Part shown: positions 1 to 11,935 of the stretch, piece by piece
Layout of the letters: the number at the start of each line of letters is the position of its first letter
How positions within the stretch are numbered: the first letter of the stretch is position 1
Assembly: GCA_964016885.1 (NCBI GenBank)
Contig: OZ024742.1
Coordinates: 253,518,001-253,582,000, forward strand
Direction of reading: 5' to 3'
Source: Eledone cirrhosa
Taxonomy: Eukaryota
Length of the DNA: 64,000 bases
Translations under genes and position numbers: made by a program
The notes under the pieces: generated by a model
The model's database searches: none
What the model saw: the letters and a program-made list of their open reading frames with translations, nothing else
What the model was told of the DNA's origin: nothing

Positions 1-100
1 ACACAGATACTCTTTATGTAATTCCCTGGCAGAATCAGCATCTCACAATATGTGGCAAAGCTGGTCTTTTGAATAACAGGTACAGTCCAGTTTGTATTAT

Positions 101-290
101 AGGGTGGATTGGCAGTATCGGTAGAGGATCGGATGCCATGTTTTGAAGCATAGAGTTACCTCCCTTTATGATCTGAGTTCAAATCCCGCTGAGGTTAACT
201 TTGCCTTTCATCCTTATGGGGTCGATAAAGTAAAGTACCAGTCATGCACTGGGATAATTGCTGGCCTTGTGTCAAAAGTAGAAACAATTA
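101..290 (+). mobile_element. tRNA-derived SINE (cephalopod-type); related copies at ~5855-6040(+), 25220-25383(-), 27610-27730(+), 42652-42870(+), 50993-51130(-)
   Basis: Box-B-like GAGTTCAAATCC followed by shared GAGGTTAACTTTGCCTTTCATCCTT..GGGGTCGATAAAATAAAGTACCAGT and tail GGCCTTGTGCCAAAAGTAGAAAC, repeated across the window. Confidence 0.8.
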
Positions 291-1865
291 TAGTTCAAGT
301 GTAGGTGGTTGAGTATTCCACAGACACATGTACCCTTAATGTAATTTTCAAGAAGAATCAGCCTTACTCGATATGTGACAAGTTTAGATCTTTGAATAAC
401 AGTTACAATCCATTTGATGGGCTTCCACACTGTTTCTGTCTACCCAAATTTTATTATAAATTATAGTTGAGAGGTTGGTGTTAGGAAGGGCATCCAGCTG
501 TAGAAATCAAGCCAGAATCAGTTCCCGTCCCACCCTTGCAAGCAGGGAAAAGTGGATGTAAAATGATGATGATGATGATGATGATAGTTGATCTATGATA
601 TACATGAAAAATAATTCCTGTTGTGCATCGACGACATCCTGCTGCAATGAAACAAATTAATGCATTGCAATAATGAATGTAATTGTTGGTTTATCAATGG
701 AAATGTTATTAGCGTACTTTGTTAGTCAATAACCACATTTCCATATTTCTAGCCCACGGTGCTATCAGTCTGAAATGACTGCTGGATTAAAATCTGATAA
801 TCAAATTATTTAGATGGACGAATTAGAAATATAGTAGCAATGAATGAGTAACAAGTCCATTAGCTAAATTATCTTGTCTTCATTAGTTTGTCAGAAAACT
901 TCAGTCACTGCAATTAACACACCTTACAGTTTATGATTAGCTATAGCTAAAGCAAAAAAAAATCATGTTTGAAGTTAAAGGCGGTGGCCTTTCGTAGTTG
1001 GTGCTTTATTTTAAAGGTAGATATGAGAGGAAAGTGACGTAAAGATACACTAACCCTAATGTGTCAAATAATGTCCATAAATAACACTCTCCCCATGAGA
1101 TGGTGAAGGGGTCATGGAAGCTAATGAAGAAGTCACTACCATTAAAATTAACAATTCTGTTACCAGGTTTCTAATGAAAGATACGACATGTAATTTTTAA
1201 ATCATTTTGAGAATAATCAAGAATTTGAAAGTATTTAGTAATGTAATAAACTTTCTCATTATTAAGTTAGTATTTGGGACATAACTAAACAAAGATTCTT
1301 ATAGAAAATTATGATGGAAGGTTTTTAGATAAATATAAGCACTTTAACCATGTTTCTAATGAAAGACGTGATTTTCAAAGCGTTTTGAAAATAATCTACA
1401 ATTTGGAGGGAATTAATAATGTAACACATTTTCTCGTTATTAAGTTAGTATTTGGGACATAACTAAATGGAGGTTGTTATATGAAATTATGATGAAACGT
1501 TTTTAATAAATATAAATAAATCAAAATATTTGAAAATAAACAGTTCTATATTATAGAACCCGAGGTTGTTTCAGATGATTTTCTATAAAAAAGGGTTATA
1601 TTTTAATCATGTTTTTCAGTCAACTATTCATTTTGATGTTCTACGTCCATTTTTCCATGCTAGCATGGATAAGACAAATTGTCTTATTGTGGGCAATGCC
1701 AGGTCAGGTGACTGTCTTGCTCATACAGAACTGATTTTGGCTTGATTCTACAGCTGGATGCCCTTCCTAATGCTAACCTCATTTACAGTGAGTACTGGGT
1801 GCATTTTGTCATGACACCTACATGATCACTACATCTTGTTGACCTACTTAACAGTTGCCACCTCT

Positions 1866-2155
1866 TATTTACCTGTCCACATATCTAGCAAAGAACACAC
1901 AGGTGTCACAGGAGCTGAGTACTCGGTGTTTGAGTCTGTTCATGTAAGAGATGGCCAGAAAACCTGACTGGCTGGATTCCATGGGTCCTCCAGAAGTCTG
2001 TTGGTAGGTACGGTCCAGGAAACTGAAAAAGGTATTGTTGAAAACTGGATAGTAGCTGGTGGATGTCAGTGGTGTGGTGGTGAGGCCAAAACAGTCTAGA
2101 TCACTGGAATAGACACATTCCGTGAGTATGTCCACAGCTGAGCGCGCAGCTACTA
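1866..2155 (-). pseudogene. Penelope-like RT fragment, same family as 2273-4802
   Basis: Translation CFGLTTT..NNTFFSFLDRTYQQTSGGPMESS..GFLAISYM..RYVD aligns to the ORF at 2883-4037. Confidence 0.85.
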
Positions 2156-2484
2156 ATGTACGTATATAGGGTTACATACATGCATACATACATATATACA
2201 TACATACATGATGGCTACCCCCTCGTTATCGAGTATGGCCATTGCACGATATACCATTATTAATAATTATTAGGTAAATATCTTTAAGTCGTTTGGAAGC
2301 CTCGACAATGCAAATGGGTAAATCTCCGGGTAACAAGATCCGGTGGTGGAGAGAGAGATGTAAGTGGATGTACGTTGAGATGCGTGGTGTGTATAACACA
2401 TGTAGAGGAATGAAGGAAAGAGTATAAAGGATAAAATAAAAATAACAACACGAGAGAGAGTTACCTTGGGAGAGATTTAATTGT

Positions 2485-2520
2485 CCCTATATATTTCGGA
2501 TTCACATCCATCAACTGGGG
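2485..2520 (-). ncRNA. Degenerate minimal type I hammerhead ribozyme in PLE 3' tail
   Basis: Minus strand CCC-CAGUUGA-U-GGAU GUGA AUCC-GAAA-UAUA-UA-GGG; stems I-III intact, core has U4A and A6U changes. Confidence 0.55.
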
Positions 2521-2720
2521 GTTTTTTCCGGGGTGGGGGAAAGGTTGTCTGTCGGAAAGGTGTGAAACGCGTCCTCCGCTGTTTGTTGTTTTGAATATCT
2601 GAGGTATTCAGCAGAGTGCGTGTGCGCGTGAAATGGGGTCGGTCGGGCAGAGGTCAGCGGCCGAATGTGGGAGTGGGGTGGCGCTAGCTGTCAGTCCATT
2701 CTCTGCCTATTTGTTAAATG

Positions 2721-2751
<31 letters not shown>

Positions 2752-2882
2752 TGTTGTCTCGCTTGAGTGTGTGTGTGTGTGCGTGTGTTGTTGCCTTGTT
2801 CCTCTGTATTGGCAGTGTAGTATGTTCGTATGGTAGAATGCTACTGTGTGTGTGTGCGTGTGTTGCTGCATGGTTTGTTAAC

Positions 2883-4037
2883 TTAAACTAGCCACCTCAT
2901 TTCGCTTCTCTCGGATCGATTGTTTATTTGCGGTGTCAGGCGTTTGATAAAAAGCGCTTCCTTGATACGTAACGTGCCGACGTTTCTTTCAGTTGCTAGA
3001 ATTGTGACAATGGGCCTTCCGTCTTTGTTTCCGCATTTGTCTATGTGTTTCCGGAAAGACGAGGCCCTGGTTTTAGTGTGTTCCTTGATCCGGATGTGCA
3101 AAGGTCGGATTGTGCTACCTATATAGTATTGGTTGCACCTGTCACATTCTATCTTATACACAACGTATGTGCGTAGGCAACAGTTTGCATGGCGTATCGG
3201 GCAGTCTCTGACTGAGCACGCGTCAGTAGATTTCCCGGGTTTCCTGGAGAGGCATCTTCGCAGGGAGGGGCCCGAGTGGGCCAGGTGGATGTCGAGGCCC
3301 TCCCTCCGTATAGCCTTGCGGATAGCGTTGGTGGTATTCTCGCCCAGGTGTAGTATTTTAAGGAAGCACTTGCTTTGGGTGCCTCTCTGTCTCTTGTGTC
3401 TGGTGTTTCCTACTCTGTCTGTGAGCGAGGTAGGGTACCCGTTCGTCTCCAGCACCTCGAGGAATCGCTTGGTATGAGTGACACCACTCGCGGGATCGCT
3501 GCATATGTTTTTGATTCGCGCGATCTCGTTTGTGATGTATCCTCTTTTGGCACTGTTAGGGAGGGCGAACTTGTAGTGAACGAACAGGTCCCTGCAGGCT
3601 GCCTTTCGGTAGAAGTTGCAGTGGATCCTTTCCTGTTCCGTGATGTTGATTCGGAAGTCGAGGAGGGCAAGTGACCCGTCTTCGTTGGGGTGCTCAACAC
3701 TGAAGTCAATGTTCTCGTCCGTGTTGTTGAACGTCTCATAGATTCTGTTCGCCGTGTCTTGGGAAGATGTGAGGATGAGGATATCGTCCACGTACCTTGA
3801 GAAAAAGGCGACGGCGTTGGAGTGACAGGCGTTGAGTGCCTTGCGCTCGAGGTTGTCCATGTAAGAGATCGCTAGCACACCCGACAGACTTGATCCCATG
3901 GGCAATCCCGAGGTTTGTTGGTATGTTTGGTTCAGGAATCCGAAGTAGGTGTTGTCGACGACGATGGATAGGAGTTGGTGGATGTCAGTGGTGGTGAGCC
4001 CGAAGCAGTGTAGGTCGGTGGATTGGACGCGTTCCAT
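2883..4037 (-). CDS. PLE polyprotein C-terminal part: RT core/thumb + GIY-YIG endonuclease
   Basis: Motifs QQTSGLPMGSSLS, RYVDD, FYRK, VVYKIEC..YYIGST..RIKEH..EALFI..PQIN. Confidence 0.9.
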   Translation of the reverse strand: MERVQSTDLHCFGLTTTDIHQLLSIVVDNTYFGFLNQTYQQTSGLPMGSSLSGVLAISYMDNLERKALNACHSNAVAFFSRYVDDILILTSSQDTANRIYETFNNTDENIDFSVEHPNEDGSLALLDFRINITEQERIHCNFYRKAACRDLFVHYKFALPNSAKRGYITNEIARIKNICSDPASGVTHTKRFLEVLETNGYPTSLTDRVGNTRHKRQRGTQSKCFLKILHLGENTTNAIRKAIRREGLDIHLAHSGPSLRRCLSRKPGKSTDACSVRDCPIRHANCCLRTYVVYKIECDRCNQYYIGSTIRPLHIRIKEHTKTRASSFRKHIDKCGNKDGRPIVTILATERNVGTLRIKEALFIKRLTPQINNRSERSEMRWLV

Positions 4038-4600
4038 CAGTATATTGACGGCCGGGAGTGCCGGGACCGAGGTGTAGAGCGACTACATCAAGGCTGAAGG
4101 CATATCTGTTATTCCTTCTGGTGTCGGGATCCATTTGATGCAGGCGCTTCAACACCTCCGCGGAGCTGTTAACGTGTCCCGGCAAGGTGTCTAAGATGGG
4201 TTTGAGTATTCTGGCTAGGAGCCATGAAATTTTGTAGAGTGGTCCCTCCACGCTCGATACAATGGGCCTGATCTTCAGGTCGGGTCCCTGTTTGTGTGTT
4301 TTCACGAGGTGGTAGAAGGCGGGTAGTCTGCTGTTCCTCGTGAGGAGGTTGTATCTCAGCTTCTTCGAGAGCTTCCGCCGGTCGCAGATGTTGGTCCAGG
4401 CGGCGTTGATGTGCTCTTCTATCTGCGCGGGAGTGATTCCCGTGACCTGGGAGTAGAGGTTGTCATCGTCAAGGTGTTGGAGGGCCAGGGTGTTGTAGGC
4501 CTCTCTGCTGATGACGCAGAAATCTTTTCCTTTGTCGGAGGGGAGGTAGATGAGGTTCTTCGATTTTAGGTTGGAGAGAGTAGTGAGTTGAGATTTGGTG
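3985..4600 (-). pseudogene. PLE RT N-terminal part (upstream frame)
   Basis: YLPSDKG..FYHLVKTHK..IRPIVSSVEGPLYKIS..AFSLDVVAL; frameshift near 4070. Confidence 0.85.
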
Positions 4601-4813
4601 AGGTTATGTGTTGTGCGTGTGTGTGTGTTTGTGAAGTATATCCGAGATGGAGTGTTTTAGCCTGATGAGTTTAGTGTCGAGTTCGTGGTTGGTGGGTGGG
4701 GGGTGGAGTGGGTTGTCGGGGTGGTAAGTGGGGAACTTGGGGTGGGTTGCGTGGGCGCTGTTATTTTCTGTGGCGCTGTTGATGGCGGTCGCCCATTTCT
4801 ACAATAATTATTA

Positions 4814-5325
4814 ATTAATTCTATCGTGCAATGCCTGTGCGTGAAGATATTTTTTAAAGTGAAAGTGAGGAAAGACTGTGCACTGAGCCAATCCCACTCT
4901 CTGAGTGACAGTAGCTATAACACGAAAAGAAGAAATGATCAACATCATCAGTAACTACTGAACCGCAGGTTTTATATCGGAGTTATCCCAGTTTCCTGAG
5001 TTGCCTTCTCCTAGAAGAATGCCCTGACAAAGGCTAGGGGTCCTTCACTCCCAGTAGTTTAACTGCACGATCGGGTGTCCAGCCCGACTATTTCAATGTC
5101 CCCACACATATACATACACATGCACCCATGTATATACACATATACATACATATTTACACACTTTTGGATGGCCGTTGACTCTTATGAGTTCTTCCTCCCT
5201 TTGTCAGGTTTTGATTTTTGTCCTGCAGGGTGTCCTAAATCACCCTCCTCACCAAGTAAACTTTGTGGGGCTACCGGTTTAGTCGCCGACGACCCGACCA
5301 TGTGACACGTTGTACTGGGTAACAT
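4814..5325 (-). mobile_element. RTE-related non-autonomous element / 5'UTR remnant (continues at ~2210-2261), host of the PLE insertion
   Basis: CATTGCACGAT (2240-2250) and ATCGTGCAATG (4823-4833) rejoin as one hairpin when the PLE is removed; GGCGACTAAACCGG motif recalled from RTE 5' ends. Confidence 0.45.
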
Positions 5326-6042
5326 ACATGCATACACACTGAACATATTTACTTACCTACCTACCTATCTACCAACCTACCTATCTACTTACGTACATGA
5401 CTATCTATCTGTTTCTACCAAACACCAAGAATGCACTCTTCATCCTCAGTTAGTTATTAGTGACATGAAAATAAGGACTCAACAAAATCAGAAATGTATG
5501 AAAACTATGAGAGAGGAGACAGGCATATGACAATTGGAAATTTCTACTGCGGGCTACTGATGAAACCTATTACTGAAGCAAGGATCGTCTGGTAATGGAA
5601 CAACACTGTAGACAGAGCCATTTATGCATAGAAAGACTGGGAAAATTGGGTAGTAACGAACAGTATGAAATAGCTTAAAGAGAAGATAGATGGAATGTTT
5701 ACTTAAGCATGTAAAAATATTGAAAACAGGAATTTTGTCAAAGTTATGTTGCAAAACAATTCCTCGTTGTGAATCAGTATGTTACTCAGGAAAAGTCTGT
5801 TCACTGGTGCATTTAGCTTCACTGATGCCCAGAAGAAAGAGGCTTGAGGACATTGGGATTGGCAGCATTAGTAGAGGGTCAGACGCCATGCTTAGCAGCA
5901 TAGAGTTATGGCCCTTTATGGTCTGAATTCAAATCCTGCTGAGGTTAACTTTTCCCTTCATCCTTTCAGGTTCAATAAAATAAAGCACCAGTAATACACT
6001 GGGATAATTGCTGGCCTTGTGCCAAAAGTAGAAACAATTATT

Positions 6043-7070
6043 ACAGAATTGATGAATATGGAGAATCAGTGGAAAACAGAGGTATTACCTGCAGTTGATT
6101 CAATAGATGGACCGGCTTTCAAAGTTGACAATCATAGGGTTAAAGAAACAACCAGAGAAATGGAAAATGGTACATCTGCTGGACCATCAGAGATAATCAA
6201 TGAGATATTGATATCACCTGGTGAAGTAGGATTTGGGCTAGTCACCTGCATACGCAATCAGTTAATAAATGATGGTGTTGTACCAAATGTCATGGCAGTA
6301 TACTCATTAATTGTTACATATGAAAAGATGGTGCTCTAGAAAGGAGAAACTACAGAGTAATAAACCTAATGAACCAAGTTATGAAAGTGACAGAAAGAGA
6401 TTAGGCAAAAACTAATTAAGGAAAGAGTCAAATTAGATGAGATACAGTTTTTAGTGAAACAACTACAATAGAAGTTTCCAGCTAAGACTAAGCCTCTATA
6501 TTTCACTTTGTTGATGTGTCTTTGACTGAGTACAGTGATCTGTCATCTGCTGGTCCCTAAGGAAACAAACTGTGTAAAAGAACAGTGCAAACCATGTACA
6601 GAGGAAGTCAGGAAAGTGCAAATAGGAAGTAAGTTTAGACAGGAGTTCGTGTGTAGAGGCCCACTTCTGTTTGTTATCTAGTTCTGCAAGCCATAACTAA
6701 GGAGTATAAAACTGGCTGTTCACGAGAAATTTTTTATGCTGATAGTCTCGTTCGTAGAGCTGACTTAAAGAAATTCCTACTGTGGAAACAGAACTTAGAA
6801 TCAAAAGGCTCAGTATAAACTTAACAAAGATCAAAGTTTTAATAAGTAGAAAAGAAGACAGAACTCTGGATCCATCAGGGATGTGGCCATGCATGCTCAA
6901 TATGTAGACAAGGAGTAGGTAAGCACTCTATATAATATTTACAATGTAAAATATGAGTAGAAAAGTGATGTAGTGGGATTGCAGACAGACAAAACGAAAA
7001 TGTAAGCTTTGTATATGGGAGGTGCTCAGGGGTAGTTAATAGTAAGATACCCAGTGAAAGAAGTTAAAAG
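6043..7070 (+). pseudogene. Degenerate RTE LINE RT fragment
   Basis: Colinear similarity to 8202-9300 (AGPSEI, GVVP, NYR, KTGC, LESK, SGMWPC) with stops and frameshifts. Confidence 0.85.
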
Positions 7071-7476
7071 ATCATGATTATGATATTCATATAACATCAT
7101 CATGATCATCATGATCATCATCATCAACGTTTAGCGTCCATTTTTCCATGCTTGCAAGGATTAGATGGGTCTTCCATGCTCTGATGAGGACTGTAAATTT
7201 GGCAGGCGATTTTACAACTGGTTGCATGCCCTTCCTAACACAAACCACATTTACAGTGTGGAACTGGATGGCACCGTTATGAGGAGGGACAGGCTGTTGG
7301 CCACACCGAACCCATCTCACAGCGGAACCATAGTTTTGAAGGAAGCCCAGTACTGGATAGCACTGATGTGAGGAGACTAACCCATCTTGCAGTATAGCCA
7401 TAGTTTTGGGGCCTGACACTGGATGGTACCAATACGAGGAGCCTAACCCATAGTTTTGGAGCCTGGTACTGGATGA

Positions 7477-7527
<51 letters not shown>

Positions 7528-7749
7528 GTGTGTGTGTGTCTGTGTTTGAGTGCGTGTGTATATAGGAATAAAAAAAGGAAACACACAAGACTAAACAACG
7601 AAAAAAATCAAAGAAAAATTGAACAGTCAACTTCTGGAAATCCCTATAAGTTTGGTGCATTAAAGTTGATACGATTCATTCCAGTGCACATGAGATGCAA
7701 CAAAACAGGGAGACATAAGACAAAATTGTGCTTTCTGAATATATAAATA

Positions 7750-8185
7750 TCATCATCATCACTGTTTTACGTCCGTTCTTCCACGCTAGCATGGGTTAGA
7801 CGGGTTGTCCTGTTGTTGGCAGTGTCCAGTCAGCTGACCTTGTCTTGGTTATACGGGAACTGATTCTGGCTTGATTTCTACAGCTAGATGCCCTTCCTAA
7901 CACCAACCTCATTTACAGTGAGTGCTGGATGCTTTTTTCCCATGGTGCCTACACGTCCACTTTACAGTGTGGGCTGGATGCTTTTTTGCTGTGGCACCTC
8001 CACGACCACTTTGCAGTGGAATGATAGGGACCCCAGTCCTATCATCTCATTTCTACAGCTGAGTAAACTGGAGCAATGTGAAATAAAGTGTCTTGCTCAA
8101 GGAAACAACACATCACCCGGTCCGTGTATTGAACTCACAACCTTTCGATTGCAAACCCAATGCTATAACCACTAAGCCATGCGCC
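7750..8185 (-). mobile_element. Composite SINE (tRNA head + Meta/RTE-like tail ending (GAT)n); near-identical copy at ~12770-13205
   Basis: GGTTGTGAGTTCAAT head, TTGAGCAAGACACTTTATTTCAC core, GGTGTTAGGAAGGGCATCCAGCTGTAGAAA tail. Confidence 0.8.
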
Positions 8186-8201
8186 TATATATATATATAT
8201 A

Positions 8202-10306
8202 TGGGAGAAAGACAGTCTCCCCCACATCGACCCAATAGAGGGACCAGCAGTGTTAGTCGAAGGTAGTATAATAAGTAAGGCAATCAAAGATATGAAGACG
8301 GGGAAGGCGGCTGGGCCTTCGGAAATAGTTGCTGAGATGCTGAAAGCCTCTGGAACGGTGGGACACACCATGGTCACCCAGATAGTAAACCAAGTCATAC
8401 AGAATGGGGTTGTTCCGAAGGACTGGCGTAGCAGCATCATCGTTAACTGTTACAAGGGTAAAGGAGACGCCCTAGATAGGAGTAACTATAGAGGCATTAA
8501 ATTAATCGACCAGGTCATGAAGGTCACGGAAAAAGTAATAGCGCAACTAATCAGAGAGAATTGATCTAGATGAAATGCAGTTCGGGTTTGTGTCAGGCAA
8601 AAGTAACACAGACGCTCTTTTCATTGTACGACAACTACAGGAGAAGTACCTAGCTAAAAGTAAACCCCTATACTTAGCTTTTGTCGACTTGGAGAAAGCC
8701 TTCGACAGAGTCCCCCGTTCCATTATCTGGTGGGCTCTTAGAAAACTAGGTGTTGACGAATGGCTTGTGAGAGCTATACAAGCCATGTATAAAGAAACAG
8801 TCAGCAAGGTTAGAATTAACAACGAATATAGTGAAGAGTTTAGCGTAAAAGTTGGTGTCCATCAGGGCTCTGTTCTTAGCCCCCTACTATTTATTATTGC
8901 CCTTCAGGCTATAACAGAGGAGTTCAAGACCGGCTGCCCATGGGAACTCCTATACGCAGATGATCTAACGCTCATAGCTGAATCAATGGCCAAGCTAGAG
9001 AAGAAATTCCAAACATGGAAGCACGGCCTAGAATCAAAAGGCCTTAAAATTAACCTGGCTAAGACTAAAGTTCTAGTTTGTAGGAAAGAAAATAAGGCGC
9101 CAGTCCCTTCCGGGAAATGGCCATGCTCAGTGTGTAGGAAAGGCGTAGGTAGAAACTCCATTTTATGTCCCAAATGCAAAGTATGGGTGCATAAAATATG
9201 TAGTGGGATCACAGGTAAGCTAACTAAGAACATAGATTTTACATGTGGCCGGTGCTCTGGTGCAATAAGTAGCAGCAAGTGCCCACAAAATACTAGCTCT
9301 ATCAATTGCGCAGAGGGTTCTATAGAAATAGTGAACAGCTTCCATTACCTGGGTGACAAAATCAGCAGTGGGGGAGGGTGCTCTGAAAGTACAGTAGCTA
9401 GAGTCAGAACTAGATGGAAAAAGTTCAGAGAGCTTATACCACTATTATCCGCTAAAGGGTTCTCCCTAAAAATGAAAGGCAGGTTGTATGATGCCTGCAT
9501 ACGAACAGCAATGTTGCATGGCAGTGAGACCTGGGCATTGTGTGCAGAGGATATACGCAGACTAGAGAGGAACGAAGCTTGCATGCTCCGCTGGATGTGT
9601 AATAGTAATATACGTGAACGGCAAAGCATAAACGAACTAAGGAAAAAATTAGAAATAAGAGGGATCAGATGTTGTTTACTCGAGAGAAGTCTACGTTGGT
9701 ATGGTCACGTGATGCGCATGAAAGACGACAGCTGTATAACAAAGTGCAGGGCAATAAAGATAGACGGTAGCCACGGAGTAGGCAGACCCAGAAAAACCTG
9801 GGACGAGCTGATAAATTCCGACCTCACACACTTACATCTCTCCAAGACAATGTCACTGGACCGAGACCTTTGGCGGTACTCAGTAATAGAGAAGACCCAC
9901 CTTACCTAAATACAAAGTAAAACCTACTACAGTCAGTAGGCATCTCTAACAAAATACACCCCCGTCCCACCACCCCCAGCCCATCCACACCGCCCCTTTT
10001 AATCTAAAGTTATGTTGGTGCCACAACATCCAGGCCGAAACAAATGAGATCGTGTAGGTGTCACGACAAAAAAACACACAGTCCACGCTGTAATGTGGCT
10101 GTGTAGGCAACACGGTAAAAACCTCCCAGCCCCACACTGTAAATGTGGTTGGTGTTAGGAAGGGCATCCAGCTGTAGAAAACCCGCCAGACAGTCCTATG
10201 CGAGCAATGACAACCACTCTTGCCTCAAGTGGGAAAACTCCCGTACAAACCCATGCAAGCGTGGAACATGGACGTTAAACGATGATTATGATGATGATGA
10301 TGATGA
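8202..10306 (+). mobile_element. RTE-clade LINE, 5'-truncated, young copy 1
   Basis: RT ORF segments 8250-8564 and 8575-9909, 3'UTR and (GAT)n tail; begins inside a (TA)n tract. Confidence 0.95.
8575..9909 (+). CDS. RTE reverse transcriptase with inserted PHD-type zinc finger
   Basis: QFGF, FVDLEKAFDRV, GVHQGSVLSPLLF, LYADD, C4HC3 CSVC..CPKC..H..C..CGRC, FHYLG, LRWYGHVMR, GRPRKTW. Confidence 0.93.
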   Translation: MQFGFVSGKSNTDALFIVRQLQEKYLAKSKPLYLAFVDLEKAFDRVPRSIIWWALRKLGVDEWLVRAIQAMYKETVSKVRINNEYSEEFSVKVGVHQGSVLSPLLFIIALQAITEEFKTGCPWELLYADDLTLIAESMAKLEKKFQTWKHGLESKGLKINLAKTKVLVCRKENKAPVPSGKWPCSVCRKGVGRNSILCPKCKVWVHKICSGITGKLTKNIDFTCGRCSGAISSSKCPQNTSSINCAEGSIEIVNSFHYLGDKISSGGGCSESTVARVRTRWKKFRELIPLLSAKGFSLKMKGRLYDACIRTAMLHGSETWALCAEDIRRLERNEACMLRWMCNSNIRERQSINELRKKLEIRGIRCCLLERSLRWYGHVMRMKDDSCITKCRAIKIDGSHGVGRPRKTWDELINSDLTHLHLSKTMSLDRDLWRYSVIEKTHLT

Positions 10307-10749
10307 TATATTTATATATATATATTTATGCATGCATATATATATATATATATAAATATATATATGTGTGTGTGTGTGTATATGGTAACTGCCACTCCTT
10401 TACAGAAGAGGGCCCTCTGTTCAACATTGTGCTGATTGGCCATGAGCCCACAAATGATTCTGCAAACCTACCTCACACCTGACACACTAGAATACTGTTT
10501 TACAGATGTGACACACATGAGGCTCTTGGACAATCCTGAACATAACTTCCTCCTTATGCACTCTCATGTGCCACTTGAGTCCCGTAGCAAACCCACAGGC
10601 TTTGCTGGAAAATTGCCACAAATATTTCGCAGGCCTTTCAGAGAAGACACCAACATAATCGGCCCCAGACTGTTGATTGCTATGAGCTCTAAAATTACTG
10701 GCAAGCCTGGCATGAGAAAGAACAACCTTTCTGCAGATGATACAGACAG

Positions 10750-11480
10750 GCTATGATCGGATATCTTCTGGGACTGAGTCTATATCACATTTCCTGAAAG
10801 CTACTTTAAATACCAAATGTGTCATCTTTTTGACCTCAAAATGATCACAACCATCATAAACCAGACTTCTCCAACCAGATCTACTCTCTACCTTGTCTTC
10901 CCTATCCTCTTCACTAATACCAAATGTATTCAAGTTGCTATTGATAACATCCTTGAAATGTTTCTGGGGCATTTATCAAATTCGCTTAGGCAACCCCTCA
11001 TCTCCAATTTGTTTTAAATGCCTTTCCTAACGCATATGTTTTTGAATGAGTAGTTTTTCTAAGCTGGATGTATTGGCCTCCTGCAGAACAATGGTGTCAT
11101 GTGTAAATGATTGTCACTTAATGTTCAAAACATGCTTTAGGCACTGTTGGTGGAATCTTTCCAATGTATTTTTATGATGACGGTATGTGGTCCAAGTCTC
11201 AGAAGAGTACAAGAGAGCAGTCCAAATACATGATTTGTAGACACTTATCTTAGTGCCAAACAAGATAAGTTTATCCAATCAGATCTGTCCCTTTAACCTA
11301 CCAAAAGCTTTGCTGGCTTTTTCGATCTTTAGTTCAATTTCGGAGTCCAATGAGACATCTCTGGAGAGAGCACTACCAAGGTAGACAAATGTGTCAACAA
11401 CCTTCTACCTATGACCTGTGTTTGGCTTGGCGTAATGTTACTTAGAAGGTGATGTGTACATGACATTGGTCACTCCTGGT
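10750..11480 (-). pseudogene. Degenerate RTE/BovB-like LINE C-terminal fragment
   Basis: Minus strand VDTFVYLGS..EIELKIEKASKAFGRL..LLYSSETW..LERFHQQCL..FKDVINSNL. Confidence 0.75.
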
Positions 11481-11509
11481 ATATTGACTCATGTTGTTTT
11501 TGTCCAATA

Positions 11510-11935
11510 ATGATTACAATCGATAGTGCTGTTGCCATGACAAAAAGCATCCTATCCATCCTATAAGCTGGTAGTGTTGGTGCCACAACAAAAGGGACAT
11601 AGTGCATCCTGTAAGGTGGGGGTCCTGGTGCCATATAAAAAGTATCAAGTCCATTGTGTGAGATGGTAGTGCCGGCACCATTAAAAAAATCGAAAGAACC
11701 TTGTTAGACAGTAGTGTTGGTGTCACAATAAAAAAACATCCAATAAACCCTATAAGGTAGTAGTGCTTGTTTCATGATAAAAACCACCAAGTCTGTCCTG
11801 TAATGTGGTAGTCTCTGTACCATGATATAATTCCCCCAGAACATATTGTAAAGTGGTTGATGTTAGAAAAGGCATTCAGCTAAAAACGAAATGTAGGAGA
11901 AAGTCATAGTCACCTGACCTGATTGGAAAACTGAC
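11510..11935 (+). mobile_element. SINE with tandem ~45-bp GTAGTGCTGGTGCCAC..AAAAAGCA units and Meta-like tail
   Basis: About 7 degenerate units ending in GGTTGATGTTAGAAAAGGCATTCAGCT. Confidence 0.6.

Larger units (their letters stand above)
2273..4802 (-). mobile_element. Penelope-like retroelement, 5'-truncated and frameshifted, with 3' pLTR tail
   Basis: RT + GIY-YIG coding region; 11-bp direct repeat AATAATTATTA at 2262-2272 and 4803-4813 (probable TSD); degenerate HHR in the tail. Confidence 0.9.

Noticed and set aside
101-190. tRNA genes
   Set aside because: tRNA-like boxes are decayed SINE heads without a complete cloverleaf
2549-2578. GAAACGCGTC hammerhead-like box on the plus strand
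   Set aside because: No CUGANGA core and no stem I or II pairing
7181-7210. CTGATGAG motif (also at 4663, 5558, 38939, 42212, 58697)
   Set aside because: No stem II plus GAAA at the right distance; several lie in SINE or LINE sequence
8904-9629. Antisense ORFs over the RTE and PLE coding regions
   Set aside because: Shadow frames of the real RT ORFs
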